NCBI GenBank assembly: GCA_034927475.1
Contig: JAYFPW010000002.1
Span: 193,606-257,605, forward strand
From: Candidatus Elulimicrobiales bacterium
GTDB lineage: Bacteria > Patescibacteriota > Minisyncoccia > Phycocordibacterales > UBA5272
DNA length: 64,000 bases
Reading direction: 5' to 3'
In this document: positions 39,213 to 48,915 of the stretch, piece after piece
How the letters are laid out: each line of letters starts with the position of its first letter
Numbering within the stretch: position 1 is the stretch's first letter
The notes under the pieces: model-generated
Database searches by the model: none
Told to the model about the DNA's origin: nothing
The model's input: the letters and a program-made list of their open reading frames with translations, nothing else
Program-made: the position numbers and the translations under genes

Positions 39213-40274
39213 TTACTCTATTGGAATAATATCTTTGGAATCTTTAATAATAAGCTCATGATATCTAGCTAAATCGGATAGAACAATTTCTGTACCAACA
39301 ACAACATCTGTCAAAGGACTTACAGAAATATGGGCTGCGACTTTTAGATTTTCTTCAAAGAGTTTATCTATATTTTTAATAAGAGAACCTCCACCAGTTA
39401 AAATTATTCCGTCTCTCAAAATATCTCCCAAAATTTCTGGAGGGGCTGTTTCTAAAGTTTCCCTAACCGCTTCTACAATTTGAAACAAGCTAGGAGCCAT
39501 GGCTTCACGAATATCAGATTCATTTACATTGATTTCTTTTGGAAGCCCTGAGACCAAATCTCTACCTTTAATAGAGATACTAGTCTCGATCATAGAATGA
39601 TTATCTGGCAAAGCGGACCCAATCTCCATTTTTATTTCTTCAGCAGTTTTTTCTCCAATTAAAACTTTATAATGATTTCTAATATAAGAAATTATATCTT
39701 GATTCATTTTATCACCTGCTATTTTTAAATTTTTTCTTTTTACAATTCCAGAAAGAGAAGTTATTGCGATATCTGTTGTTCCACCACCAATATCTACCAC
39801 CATAGAGCCAGTTGGAGTTTCTATAGATAAACCCATTCCTATTGCTGCAGCTGCTGCTTCTTCTAAAATATAAACCTCTCTCGCCCCAGCAGAATTTGCC
39901 GCATCTTCTACAGCTCTAATTTCAACATCTGTAACGCCGATTGGAATACCGATAACCACTCTTGGCCTTAAAAATTTTTTATTTAGATTATTAGCTTTAT
40001 TAATTAAATAAGAAAGAAATTCTTCAGTTACTTCATAATCAGAAATTACCCCATCAATAATAGGGCGGATAATTGTAATATGTTCTGGAGTTCTACCCAT
40101 CATATTTTTCGCCTCTATTCCTAGAGCTACAATTTTATTGGTTTTATTATTTATAGCTACTACAGAAGGCTCATTAATAACAATCCCTGTCCCACGCAAA
40201 GAAACTAGAGTATTTGTTGTACCTAAATCGATACCAATATCATTAGAAAATCTTGAAAAATACTTATTAAACAT
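39213..40274 (-). CDS. mreB: rod shape-determining protein MreB
   Basis: IGIDLGTTNTLV, actin-fold phosphate motifs. Confidence 0.9.
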   Translation of the reverse strand: MFNKYFSRFSNDIGIDLGTTNTLVSLRGTGIVINEPSVVAINNKTNKIVALGIEAKNMMGRTPEHITIIRPIIDGVISDYEVTEEFLSYLINKANNLNKKFLRPRVVIGIPIGVTDVEIRAVEDAANSAGAREVYILEEAAAAAIGMGLSIETPTGSMVVDIGGGTTDIAITSLSGIVKRKNLKIAGDKMNQDIISYIRNHYKVLIGEKTAEEIKMEIGSALPDNHSMIETSISIKGRDLVSGLPKEINVNESDIREAMAPSLFQIVEAVRETLETAPPEILGDILRDGIILTGGGSLIKNIDKLFEENLKVAAHISVSPLTDVVVGTEIVLSDLARYHELIIKDSKDIIPIE

Positions 40275-40382
40275 AGCTAAAATTTTCTATATCTTAGCAC
40301 AAAAGACTTTGATTGACAAAATTAAAAAACTTTTATAGACTAAGGCTAGAAACAATATTGTCAAACCAAAAAACTTACAGAA

Positions 40383-40787
40383 ATGAAAAGATTAATGTTC
40401 TTTATTTTTTTAATTAGCATTTTTTCTTTTTCTGCAAAAGCGCAGTATAGACTTCCATACCCACAAACGATTACAACTCAAGTACAAGATCTTGGGCCAT
40501 ACGGATATGGTAGCCTACAACAAGAAATAATGCAGTGCGGTCGCATCCTAGGACCCGGAAGATATCAGCAACGATTAAGATCTTCAATGTTTTTGCTAGG
40601 AAGAAGTATGCCCGTAGATAAAGTTAGGAACCTACAAATGGGACCTGCTGGATCTGTGGTGTGGGAAGATTTATACCTAAATGGTATATCGATTGGCCGG
40701 ACAAATGTCGTTGGTAGAACAGCTACCACTACTCTGTATAATCAAAATATACAGAGAGCCATGTATCCACAAAGAAGGATTTGGTAA
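40383..40787 (+). CDS. secreted R/G/Q/Y-rich small protein, unknown; GC-elevated (about 42%)
   Basis: Signal peptide MKRLMFFIFLISIFSFSAKA; no family recognised. Confidence 0.5.
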   Translation: MKRLMFFIFLISIFSFSAKAQYRLPYPQTITTQVQDLGPYGYGSLQQEIMQCGRILGPGRYQQRLRSSMFLLGRSMPVDKVRNLQMGPAGSVVWEDLYLNGISIGRTNVVGRTATTTLYNQNIQRAMYPQRRIW

Positions 40788-40797
40788 ATATCCTAAC

Positions 40798-40840
40798 AAA
40801 ATCACCTTATAAAAGTAATCTATGAGGTGATTTTTTATTT
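40798..40840. terminator. bidirectional terminator (40383 gene / proS)
   Basis: ATCACCTTATA-aaagtaatc-TATGAGGTGAT (one mismatch) with T-runs on both sides. Confidence 0.65.
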
Positions 40841-42093
40841 TATAAATTATTTAAAAACTCTTCTATGGAGACTATTTTAGTTTCTAACTCGTTTCTCTTT
40901 TTGATTTCTACACCCCCTTTTTCTAAACTTTTTTCAGAAACTACAACTCGGAGTGGAATACCTATGAGATCAGCATCAGAAAATTTTTCTCCTGGAGTTT
41001 TATTTTCCCTATTATCAAATAAAACTTCCACTCCTTTAACTGTTAATTTTTCATAAATATCTTTAGCTGCCTTATAAGATTCATCCTCTTCATCTCTAAA
41101 TAAAGAAACTAAATGTATTTTAAAAGGTGCTACAGCTTCTGGCCAAATGATTCCTTTTTCGTCAGAAAAACATTCTACAATTGTCCCCATAAGTCTAGTA
41201 ATACCAATACCGTATGACCCCATAAAAACTTTATCTTCTTCCCCTTCTTTATTTTTATATTTTAAATCTATTGGGTCTGAAAATTTATATTCTAAACTAA
41301 AAATATTTCCCACTTCGATAGATTTTTTTTCTACTAAATTATTTTTGTCTAATTCCAAATCTTCTAAAACTTCATCAGTCAAAACCTCTTTATTCACTGC
41401 AATCTTTTTTTCAAAATCTACATAAATTGTGTCTTCTCCAGCTTCGGATAAAGTTTGAAACTCGTGAGAGAATTTTGAAAAAGTTCCTCCACTTGCAAAA
41501 GTGAAATAAGTTTTATCTCCAAGACCGATTCTTTCAAAAACATTTCTATAAGCTTCTTCCGCTTTTTCATAAAACTTTTCATGCTCTTCTTTGTTTTTAG
41601 AAAAAGAATAAAGCGCTTTCCAGTAAAATTCTCTTCCACGCATTAGTCCAGATTTACTTCTGGCTTCATTTCTAAAAATAGATTTAAAATCATAAGGATA
41701 AGCCGGTAAATCTTTATAAGAAGAAATATAAGATTTCATTATATTTGCATAAGCTTCTTCATTTGTGAAAGAAAGTCCAACCTCTGCTCCATTTTTAAGT
41801 TTAGTTTTAAACCAAGTATCTACTACTTCATCGTCCCATCTATTTGTCTTTTCCCAAACTTCTTTGTTTTGTAAAATTGAAGTCTTCATTTCTACTCCTC
41901 CAATTTTATTCATTTCTTCACGAATTATATTTTCAATTTTTTGAATTACCCGAACTCCAAGCGGAAGCAAAGAATATACTCCGGCCATTTCTTTAAAAAC
42001 ATAACCAGCTTGAATTAAGAAGCGAGCGTTGTTTGAAGTTTCGTCTGCAGGAAATTCTTTTTTAGTTTTTGTAAAAAGTTGTGATTGAAGCAT
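40840..42093 (-). CDS. proS: proline--tRNA ligase (bacterial type lacking editing insertion)
   Basis: N-terminus matches bacterial ProRS (FLIQAGYVFKEMAGVYSLLPLGVRVIQKIENIIREEM); 417 aa. Confidence 0.8.
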   Translation of the reverse strand: MLQSQLFTKTKKEFPADETSNNARFLIQAGYVFKEMAGVYSLLPLGVRVIQKIENIIREEMNKIGGVEMKTSILQNKEVWEKTNRWDDEVVDTWFKTKLKNGAEVGLSFTNEEAYANIMKSYISSYKDLPAYPYDFKSIFRNEARSKSGLMRGREFYWKALYSFSKNKEEHEKFYEKAEEAYRNVFERIGLGDKTYFTFASGGTFSKFSHEFQTLSEAGEDTIYVDFEKKIAVNKEVLTDEVLEDLELDKNNLVEKKSIEVGNIFSLEYKFSDPIDLKYKNKEGEEDKVFMGSYGIGITRLMGTIVECFSDEKGIIWPEAVAPFKIHLVSLFRDEEDESYKAAKDIYEKLTVKGVEVLFDNRENKTPGEKFSDADLIGIPLRVVVSEKSLEKGGVEIKKRNELETKIVSIEEFLNNL

Positions 42094-42215
42094 ATTTTTA
42101 AAAAAGTTTATAAAATATATAGCTATTTTACATTATTTTTATAACTATCCCAACACTTGACCTATTAATAAAATTATTATAAGCTACACAAGGTTAAATT
42201 TAAAATAAAAATAGA

Positions 42216-42377
42216 ATGGAAACAAAAGAAAACAAAACTGTCTACTTTCCTCCCAACATTGAAGTTATAGATATTGAATTAAACCAAAACATTTTGGGAG
42301 GAAGCGATGCGCCAAGGGAAAGGGAAAAATATTCACCCCAGCCCAAAGGTGGAAAAAAATTCAAAAACCAAAAATAG
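42216..42377 (+). CDS. 53-aa hydrophilic ORF in proS-rseP spacer (not in ORF track)
   Basis: METKENKTVYFPPNIEVIDIELNQNILGGSDAPREREKYSPQPKGGKKFKNQK; no SD; intrinsic terminator immediately after. Confidence 0.3.
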   Translation: METKENKTVYFPPNIEVIDIELNQNILGGSDAPREREKYSPQPKGGKKFKNQK

Positions 42378-42400
42378 GGTATCCCCCTATTTTTTATTTT
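42374..42400 (+). terminator. rho-independent terminator
   Basis: ATAGGG-tatcc-CCCTAT plus TTTTTTATTTT. Confidence 0.6.
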
Positions 42401-42422
42401 ATAAACTATTTATTAGAGATCT

Positions 42423-43646
42423 CTAGAAAAGTTTTAACACATCTTTAACTGTTACCACCACCATCAATAATATTAATATTATAAACCCGGCACCATTTAA
42501 AATTCCTTGCCATTTTTCTGGAATTTTTTTACCGGAAATCCATTCTATAAGTACAAATAAAATTCTTCCTCCATCCAGTGCTGGAAATGGGAGTATGTTG
42601 AAAATAGCTAAAGAAATTGAAAGAACTGCTGAAAAAAGAAGTAAGTAACTAAAACCTAAAGTCTTAGCTTCGCCAACCATTCCAAATATTCCAACTGGGC
42701 CAGCAATATCCTGAGAAATACTTCCTTTGGTAAATAAATTTACAAATAAATCTTTGAAACCGACTAGGGTCAATTTTGTAAATTCAACAGTTTTATCAAA
42801 ACCCATTTTGACAGCTTCAGAAAATTTTAAATTAATTGTAGCGGTCTTAGCGAAAGCTACGCCGATCATTTTTTTATCTTTATTTCCTTCTACATTATAA
42901 ACTCCAGCGAGAGTTGTTGATAAATCTTCTCCTTTTTTATTTTTATAATAAACAGTAATAGAATCTCCATGTTTAGCTTCTGTGTCATTTATAGCTTTAG
43001 AAACTGCCTCAGTAATCTCTTCTCCGGAAGCTTTATTTATATCGATAGTCTTTTGATTATCTACTTGACCTATTACATCTTCCGCATTAAGAGTTATTTT
43101 TTGCACTTCATCACCAACTTTTAATCCTGCCATTTCAGCTGGAGAATTTTTTACAACATTTGCGATTAAAACTGTCTCATTGCGAATTCTTCCTTCATCA
43201 ACAAATGTTTGATATTCTTCTGAGTTTCTATCTATAGCAAAAGTCGTAGTTGAATAGACTGAAGCAGTGATTAATATATAAGCTAAGATTAAATTCATTA
43301 TTACTCCAGCAGAAAGTATAAAAATTTTAATCAAAGGATGTTTGTGGGCGAAACTTCTTTTTAAATCTGGCTTTGGTTTATTTTCAAAAATTTCACCTTC
43401 CTCTTTATTTTCAGAAGAGTTTTTTTCATCCATACCATTTTCACCATAAATTTTTACATAACCACCGACCGGAATAGCATTGAAAGAATATGTAGTTTCG
43501 CCTTTAGTCTTAGAAAAAAGTCTAGGAGGAAATCCGAAAGCAAATTCGTCTACTCTTACCCCGGAAGATTTCGCAGCAAAAAAGTGTCCCGCTTCATGAA
43601 CTAAAACCAAGACTAAAAGTATTGCAATAAAAATTAAAATTGTCAT
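42423..43646 (-). CDS. rseP: RIP site-2 metalloprotease RseP (M50)
   Basis: HEAGHF (HExxH), PDZ domain, LDGG motif. Confidence 0.85.
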   Translation of the reverse strand: MTILIFIAILLVLVLVHEAGHFFAAKSSGVRVDEFAFGFPPRLFSKTKGETTYSFNAIPVGGYVKIYGENGMDEKNSSENKEEGEIFENKPKPDLKRSFAHKHPLIKIFILSAGVIMNLILAYILITASVYSTTTFAIDRNSEEYQTFVDEGRIRNETVLIANVVKNSPAEMAGLKVGDEVQKITLNAEDVIGQVDNQKTIDINKASGEEITEAVSKAINDTEAKHGDSITVYYKNKKGEDLSTTLAGVYNVEGNKDKKMIGVAFAKTATINLKFSEAVKMGFDKTVEFTKLTLVGFKDLFVNLFTKGSISQDIAGPVGIFGMVGEAKTLGFSYLLLFSAVLSISLAIFNILPFPALDGGRILFVLIEWISGKKIPEKWQGILNGAGFIILILLMVVVTVKDVLKLF

Positions 43647-43689
43647 AAAATGATGTTAAATTATAAAAATTATTTTAACACAAAGCCGC

Positions 43690-44244
43690 CTATTCCCCTA
43701 AAACATCTTTTTCTTTTTTGGAATACATTTCTTCTAGTTCGCGATTGGCTTCAGTGACAAGATTTTGAAGCTCTTCTAAATATTTTTCTTCTTCATCTTT
43801 TCCAAACTCTCCATCTTTGCCAGATTTTTCAATTTCTTTTTTAATATCTTCTCTTATTCCTCTAACTTTAACCCTCGCCTCTTCGAGTTTCTCTTTAATA
43901 AGTTTAACCATTCTTTGTCTAGATTCGGTTGTAGGCTTTGGGAAAAAAACTCTAAGACCTGTCGAATCTGCAGAAGTAGATAAGCCTAAATTAGCTTCAT
44001 TTATAACTTTTTCTATTTCTTTTAATAAAGTTTTATCATAAGGCACTATTAAAAGATTAGCTGGACTTTCTACACCAACAGACGCTACGTGAGAAATAGC
44101 CATTTTTGACCCATAGGAATCTACTGAAAGCAAATCTAAAACCTGTGGAGTAGCAGCCCCAGTTTGTACAGATCTATATTCGGAAGCAAGATAATTTGAA
44201 ATATTTTCCTTCTCTTCTTTAAATTTTGTAAAATCGTATGACAT
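43690..44244 (-). CDS. frr: ribosome recycling factor
   Basis: 184 aa with typical Frr pattern. Confidence 0.9.
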   Translation of the reverse strand: MSYDFTKFKEEKENISNYLASEYRSVQTGAATPQVLDLLSVDSYGSKMAISHVASVGVESPANLLIVPYDKTLLKEIEKVINEANLGLSTSADSTGLRVFFPKPTTESRQRMVKLIKEKLEEARVKVRGIREDIKKEIEKSGKDGEFGKDEEEKYLEELQNLVTEANRELEEMYSKKEKDVLGE

Positions 44245-44292
44245 ATTTTTGTATGAAAAAGATTATATCATAAAGCATTATTTTCTAAAATT

Positions 44293-45144
44293 CTAATTTT
44301 GAATTTCTGGAAGCTTTAAAGACAAATATTCTAAAAGAGTTTTGCCACTACTAGAATTATTTTTCGCATATTTTACAGATTCTATAACATCTTCAATATC
44401 AGACAAAAATTCTTTATTTTGATAATTAAACATTTTAAATTTTTCATTATCAGAATTATCTAGCTCATCATCATTTTTAGCTTCCAAAATAAAACTCTCA
44501 TGATTTTGCACCAAATAATCATGTAAAGCGAGAAGGAATTTTTCTAAACTTTCCCTGTCTTTTCTTTCTTTGTCTTCAAATTCAAAAGCGTATTCATCTT
44601 TCCTGTCCAAAATCTCAGAAATTTCTTTTAACTTCATTCTCTGTACTGGTTTTGTTGTTAAAAATTTTTCTACAGCTCTCATAAAAAATTCATCTTCAGC
44701 ATTTTTAGAAAGAATTTCTTCTTCTGATATATCTAGCCTATAAAGCCGAGACAAAACTGTACTAATTAAATTGATACCTTTATGAACTATAAATAAAACT
44801 TTAATATTTTCTGGAGATTCTTCGAGAAATTTTAAAAGAGCATTTTGTGCTTCTCTATTTATTGAGTAAAAAGAAACTAGAATAAAATTATTATGAGAAA
44901 AATTTGTATTCCCATAGCTAATAATTTCTCTAGCTTTTGCAATATCAAAAATTTTTAAATTTATAAAAAGACTTTCGTTGACATCTTCTTTATTTTTTAT
45001 TTTATCTTCAAAATATTTATAAACTATTTCTCTGTTTTTTGTTTCTAATAAAAAAACATTTGAAGAAGCAGTACTAAATTCCTCGAAAACTTTATCGAGC
45101 TTTTCCTTATATTCATTATTCAAGTCTAATTCTAACGAATCCAT
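44293..45144 (-). CDS. holB: DNA polymerase III delta'-like clamp-loader subunit
   Basis: AQNALLKFLEESPENIKVLFIV (clamp-loader sensor-1 region); no Walker A, as is typical of delta'. Confidence 0.55.
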   Translation of the reverse strand: MDSLELDLNNEYKEKLDKVFEEFSTASSNVFLLETKNREIVYKYFEDKIKNKEDVNESLFINLKIFDIAKAREIISYGNTNFSHNNFILVSFYSINREAQNALLKFLEESPENIKVLFIVHKGINLISTVLSRLYRLDISEEEILSKNAEDEFFMRAVEKFLTTKPVQRMKLKEISEILDRKDEYAFEFEDKERKDRESLEKFLLALHDYLVQNHESFILEAKNDDELDNSDNEKFKMFNYQNKEFLSDIEDVIESVKYAKNNSSSGKTLLEYLSLKLPEIQN

Positions 45145-45163
45145 GTCGTTATAATATCATTTT

Positions 45164-46177
45164 TTATCTTTTCGCTAAAATGGATTTTTTATAAACATCG
45201 AGATGGGCAAGCGCTAAACCTGTTCCTTTCGAAACACAGAAAATAGTATCCGTTGCCAATTCTGCTTTTACCCCAGTTCTTCTTTCAACTAAAATTGGAA
45301 AATGTCTAAGAAGTGAAGATCCTCCACTCATAATAATACCGTTATCTATAATATCTCTAGATAGCTCAGGTGGAGTTTCTTGAAGTACACTTTTAATAGC
45401 TAAAATAATTTGTTTCAATTCTTTATCTATTGCTTTAGTGATTTCATTTGTTTTTATTTCTACAGTTTTTGGCAATCCAGAATTAATATCTCTACCTTTT
45501 ACTTCCATAGTCATCTCTTCTTCCAGTGGTAAAGCGGAACCAATTTCCATTTTCATTTCTTCAGCGGTTTGTTCACCGATAATTAAATTATGATTCTTTT
45601 TTACATAATCCACAATCGCTTTATCCATTTTATTTCCAGCAAATTTTACAGATTTAGAACAGACTATTCCCCCAAGAGAAATCACAGCCACATCAGTCAT
45701 ACCACCTCCAACATCGACAATAATTCTTCCGCTAGCTTCATGAATCGGAATCCCAGCACCAATAGCTGCCAAGACCGGCTCTTTCACAATATAAGCATTT
45801 TTTGCTCCAGATTTTATAGCCGCCTCAATGACAGATCTTCTTTCTGTTCCCGTAATTCCACTAGGCACTGAAACCATAATTTCCGGTTTAAAAATATTAA
45901 ATTTAGGTAAAACTTTATTTATATAATATTTAAGCATCGCTTCTGTGACTTTGTAATTTGCAATAACTCCATCCCGAATTGGTCGATAAGCAATAATCGC
46001 GTCTGGAGTTTTCCCAATCATTTCTTTAGCTTTATTTCCAATAGCCAAAATTTGTCCATCTTCTTTAGAAATAGCGACAACTGAAGGCTCGTTTAAAACG
46101 ATACCCTTTTCTGGTACATAAACTCTGGTATTTGTAGTTCCAAGATCGATGCCTAATTTTTTAATAAAAATTGCCAT
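45164..46177 (-). CDS. MreB-like actin homologue (second paralogue)
   Basis: LGIDLGTTNTRV...; start at MAIFIKKLGIDLG. Confidence 0.85.
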   Translation of the reverse strand: MAIFIKKLGIDLGTTNTRVYVPEKGIVLNEPSVVAISKEDGQILAIGNKAKEMIGKTPDAIIAYRPIRDGVIANYKVTEAMLKYYINKVLPKFNIFKPEIMVSVPSGITGTERRSVIEAAIKSGAKNAYIVKEPVLAAIGAGIPIHEASGRIIVDVGGGMTDVAVISLGGIVCSKSVKFAGNKMDKAIVDYVKKNHNLIIGEQTAEEMKMEIGSALPLEEEMTMEVKGRDINSGLPKTVEIKTNEITKAIDKELKQIILAIKSVLQETPPELSRDIIDNGIIMSGGSSLLRHFPILVERRTGVKAELATDTIFCVSKGTGLALAHLDVYKKSILAKR

Positions 46178-46297
46178 AAAAAGTAGAAATAAACTATATT
46201 TCACCATCAATTTATCACAAAAATAGGAACTTGACAAAGATTTCTTTTATTTTATCTTCTGGCATTTTAAAAACCTGAATCTTGGTATAATTGGCAT

Positions 46298-48274
46298 ATG
46301 TATATTTTAAAAATAATTCCTATCGCTAAAGGTTTACCAGAAAATTATTTTTCTTATTTTTCAAAAGAAAAACTTCCTTTGGGTTCTTTAGTGGAGATAA
46401 AAATTAAAAATAGAAAAGTTGCTGGACTAGTTTCTGAGACGAGTAAGGTAGAAAAAGAAAAAATAAATTTAAAATCTCAAAAATTTACCCTAAAGAAAAT
46501 TGAAAGGGTTATAAAAGAAAATTTTATAGATGAAAATCTCTTTCAAAGTATTGTCGAAGTTTCTATTTTATTAGGAGTAAAAGAAAGTGAAATTATAAAA
46601 AATTATATTCCTGAATTTGTATTTGAAAATATAGATTCATTTTCCGATGAAAGTTTTTTAAATAAAAAAAGTATAGAAAGATATTTTATAGAAAGTTTTG
46701 AAAAGAGACATTTAGAATATTTGAATCTTATAAAATATAATTTTAAAGAAGGAAAGACTTCTCTTATATTCTTTCCGACTATTAGCGACCTAGAAACCAC
46801 TAAAAAATATTTTGAATCTAAAAATATACAAAATATTGCAACCTTTCATTCTAGTCAAACTAAAAAAGAATTAAAAAATAATCTTGAAAAATTAAAAGAA
46901 AAAAGTCTTTTAATATTATCAACTCCTTCACTTTTACCATTTTTAATAGCTAATAAAATTAATTTAAAAACTGTAATTTTAGAAAAAGAAAATTCTTATA
47001 ACTACTTTTCCCATGCGGCTAGAAAACAAATTGACGCGAGAGAAATAATTAAAAAAATAGCTAAAGACTTGAATTTAGATTTAATTTTAGCTGGTAATAT
47101 TTTATCTTTACAAAGTTTTAAAGATTTTAAATCCTCAAAAAATCTAGAATCCGCAAATAAAAAAAGTTTTACTATTATAGATTTATCAAAAGAAAAAGAA
47201 TTAAAAAAAGAAGAGCTAGAAAAAAGAATAAAAAAGATTTCTAATAAAAAAGAAAGTAAGTACAATTCTGTCTATTTTAGTGAAGAATTAATAGAAAAGC
47301 TGGAAGAAATTAAAAAAAATAAAGATAAAGTATTTTTATATGCAAAAAGAAAAGGTCTTTATACCGAAACTATTTGCTCAGATTGTAATACTATTTTTAA
47401 ATGTAGAAATTGCGATAAACCCTATATTTTATTTAAAAAGCAAAATCAGAATGAAGTTGAAAGATTTTATATCTGTAGCAATTGTAAAGATAAAATAGAG
47501 CTTAAAAAAAGTGAAAATTTAATATGTGAAAATTGCGGAAGCTGGAAAATGAACACTCTCGGTGTAGGAACTCAAGGTATTGAAGAAAATTTAAAAGAAA
47601 TTGGTTTTAAAACTTTTCTTCTTGATTCGGAAAGTGTAAAAACTAAAAAAGAGATTAAAAATATTTTAGAGTCTTGGCAAAAAGAAAAGTCCTCTATTTT
47701 AATCGGCACCGATTTAGCTTTAAATTTTCTGAATAGAGATTTTGAAATAGATTTGGGAGCAATCATTTCTCTGGATTCACTTTTTTCAATTCCAGAAATA
47801 AATATAGATGAAAAAATATTAAATATTTGTTTAGAGTTAAAGGAAAAAATAAATAGCAGAGAAAAAATAATAATTCAAACTCGCCTCAAAGAGCAAGAAG
47901 TTTGGGATTATTTAAAAGATAATAATATTTTAGGATTTTTAAAAGACGAATTAGAAATTAGAGAAAGTTTTAATTTGCCTCCTTATGCAAATATTTTGAA
48001 ATTTAGATTAACTAAAAAAGAAATAAGAAGCAAAGAAAATATTGAAAGAATTTTAAAAAGAATATTCGACGAAGAAAAAATAAAATTTGAAAAAATAATT
48101 TGGAGAATAGAAAAAAAAACTGGTAACCATATTGGGATTTTAACCCTATCAAAAGATTTCTGGCAAATAAAAAAGGAAGGAAAAATTTTCCCTTCCAGTT
48201 TTGCGAAAAAAGTCATTACCCTTCTCCAGGATTTTCACCTGGAAATAAATCCACCCAATGTACTTCTGCCATAG
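46298..48274 (+). CDS. priA: primosomal protein N' (PriA)-like, ATPase motifs degenerate
   Basis: N-terminal 3'BD-like LPLGSLVEIKIKNRKVAGLVSE; Cys4 zinc region CSDCN...CRNC...CSNC...CENC; Walker A reduced to KEGKTS, DEEH replaced by EKEN. Confidence 0.55.
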   Translation: MYILKIIPIAKGLPENYFSYFSKEKLPLGSLVEIKIKNRKVAGLVSETSKVEKEKINLKSQKFTLKKIERVIKENFIDENLFQSIVEVSILLGVKESEIIKNYIPEFVFENIDSFSDESFLNKKSIERYFIESFEKRHLEYLNLIKYNFKEGKTSLIFFPTISDLETTKKYFESKNIQNIATFHSSQTKKELKNNLEKLKEKSLLILSTPSLLPFLIANKINLKTVILEKENSYNYFSHAARKQIDAREIIKKIAKDLNLDLILAGNILSLQSFKDFKSSKNLESANKKSFTIIDLSKEKELKKEELEKRIKKISNKKESKYNSVYFSEELIEKLEEIKKNKDKVFLYAKRKGLYTETICSDCNTIFKCRNCDKPYILFKKQNQNEVERFYICSNCKDKIELKKSENLICENCGSWKMNTLGVGTQGIEENLKEIGFKTFLLDSESVKTKKEIKNILESWQKEKSSILIGTDLALNFLNRDFEIDLGAIISLDSLFSIPEINIDEKILNICLELKEKINSREKIIIQTRLKEQEVWDYLKDNNILGFLKDELEIRESFNLPPYANILKFRLTKKEIRSKENIERILKRIFDEEKIKFEKIIWRIEKKTGNHIGILTLSKDFWQIKKEGKIFPSSFAKKVITLLQDFHLEINPPNVLLP

Positions 48275-48788
48275 AAAGAAAATCGTCCTTCTCCAAAGCT
48301 GGATGTTCTGGATCTTTCTTTTCTAAAATTTCTACAATTATACTCAGCGTAAACTGAGGTCTCAGCTTCTCAACAATAGGCGTGATTTCTTCGAAGACAC
48401 TTTTAATGAAGTTACTATTCAGAATAAGTATCGACGTTATCATTTCTAAATTTTTGGCTTTTTCAAACTCTACAAGTGAGCCAGATAAAACTTGTAAGCG
48501 CAAATAATACTCCTCACAAACTCTAAATAGCTCGTAAAACCAATTTTCATAATAAGGCACATGGTCTCCACACAAGACTTCGATGTCGTGAATAACCTTT
48601 TCATCGGAATAAGATCTTTCAGGAAAAGCTTTCGATAAATTATCGAGATATCCTAAAGTTACTATTCTTTTAGTGATGTTCAGGAGACTAGTAGCGGTTA
48701 CAATTTTTATGCCTATTTTTTCCTCTCCTAGGGACAAAAAATGGTCAGCGACTTTGTCAAACAACGAGAAATAATTTATTTTCTTCAT
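48216..48788 (-). CDS. hypothetical 190-aa protein, GC-elevated (about 38%), overlaps priA 3' end by 59 bp
   Basis: ORF only; no family recognised. Confidence 0.45.
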   Translation of the reverse strand: MKKINYFSLFDKVADHFLSLGEEKIGIKIVTATSLLNITKRIVTLGYLDNLSKAFPERSYSDEKVIHDIEVLCGDHVPYYENWFYELFRVCEEYYLRLQVLSGSLVEFEKAKNLEMITSILILNSNFIKSVFEEITPIVEKLRPQFTLSIIVEILEKKDPEHPALEKDDFLSMAEVHWVDLFPGENPGEG

Positions 48789-48915
48789 TTTTAAAACATT
48801 TAAATATTTATAAATTATAGAATTTCTGAGTAGAATATACCTAACAGAAACATCTTTGTCAAGTGTCTTTAAAAGAAGTTTATGCTAAAATATTCTTATA
48901 AAATAAGCATTATAT

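Noticed and set aside
40383-40787. GC-rich island as RNase P RNA, tmRNA or SRP RNA
   Set aside because: No conserved motifs are present: no GGAAAGUCCGG or tag-peptide reading frame for tmRNA. The ORF has a canonical signal peptide and a terminator.
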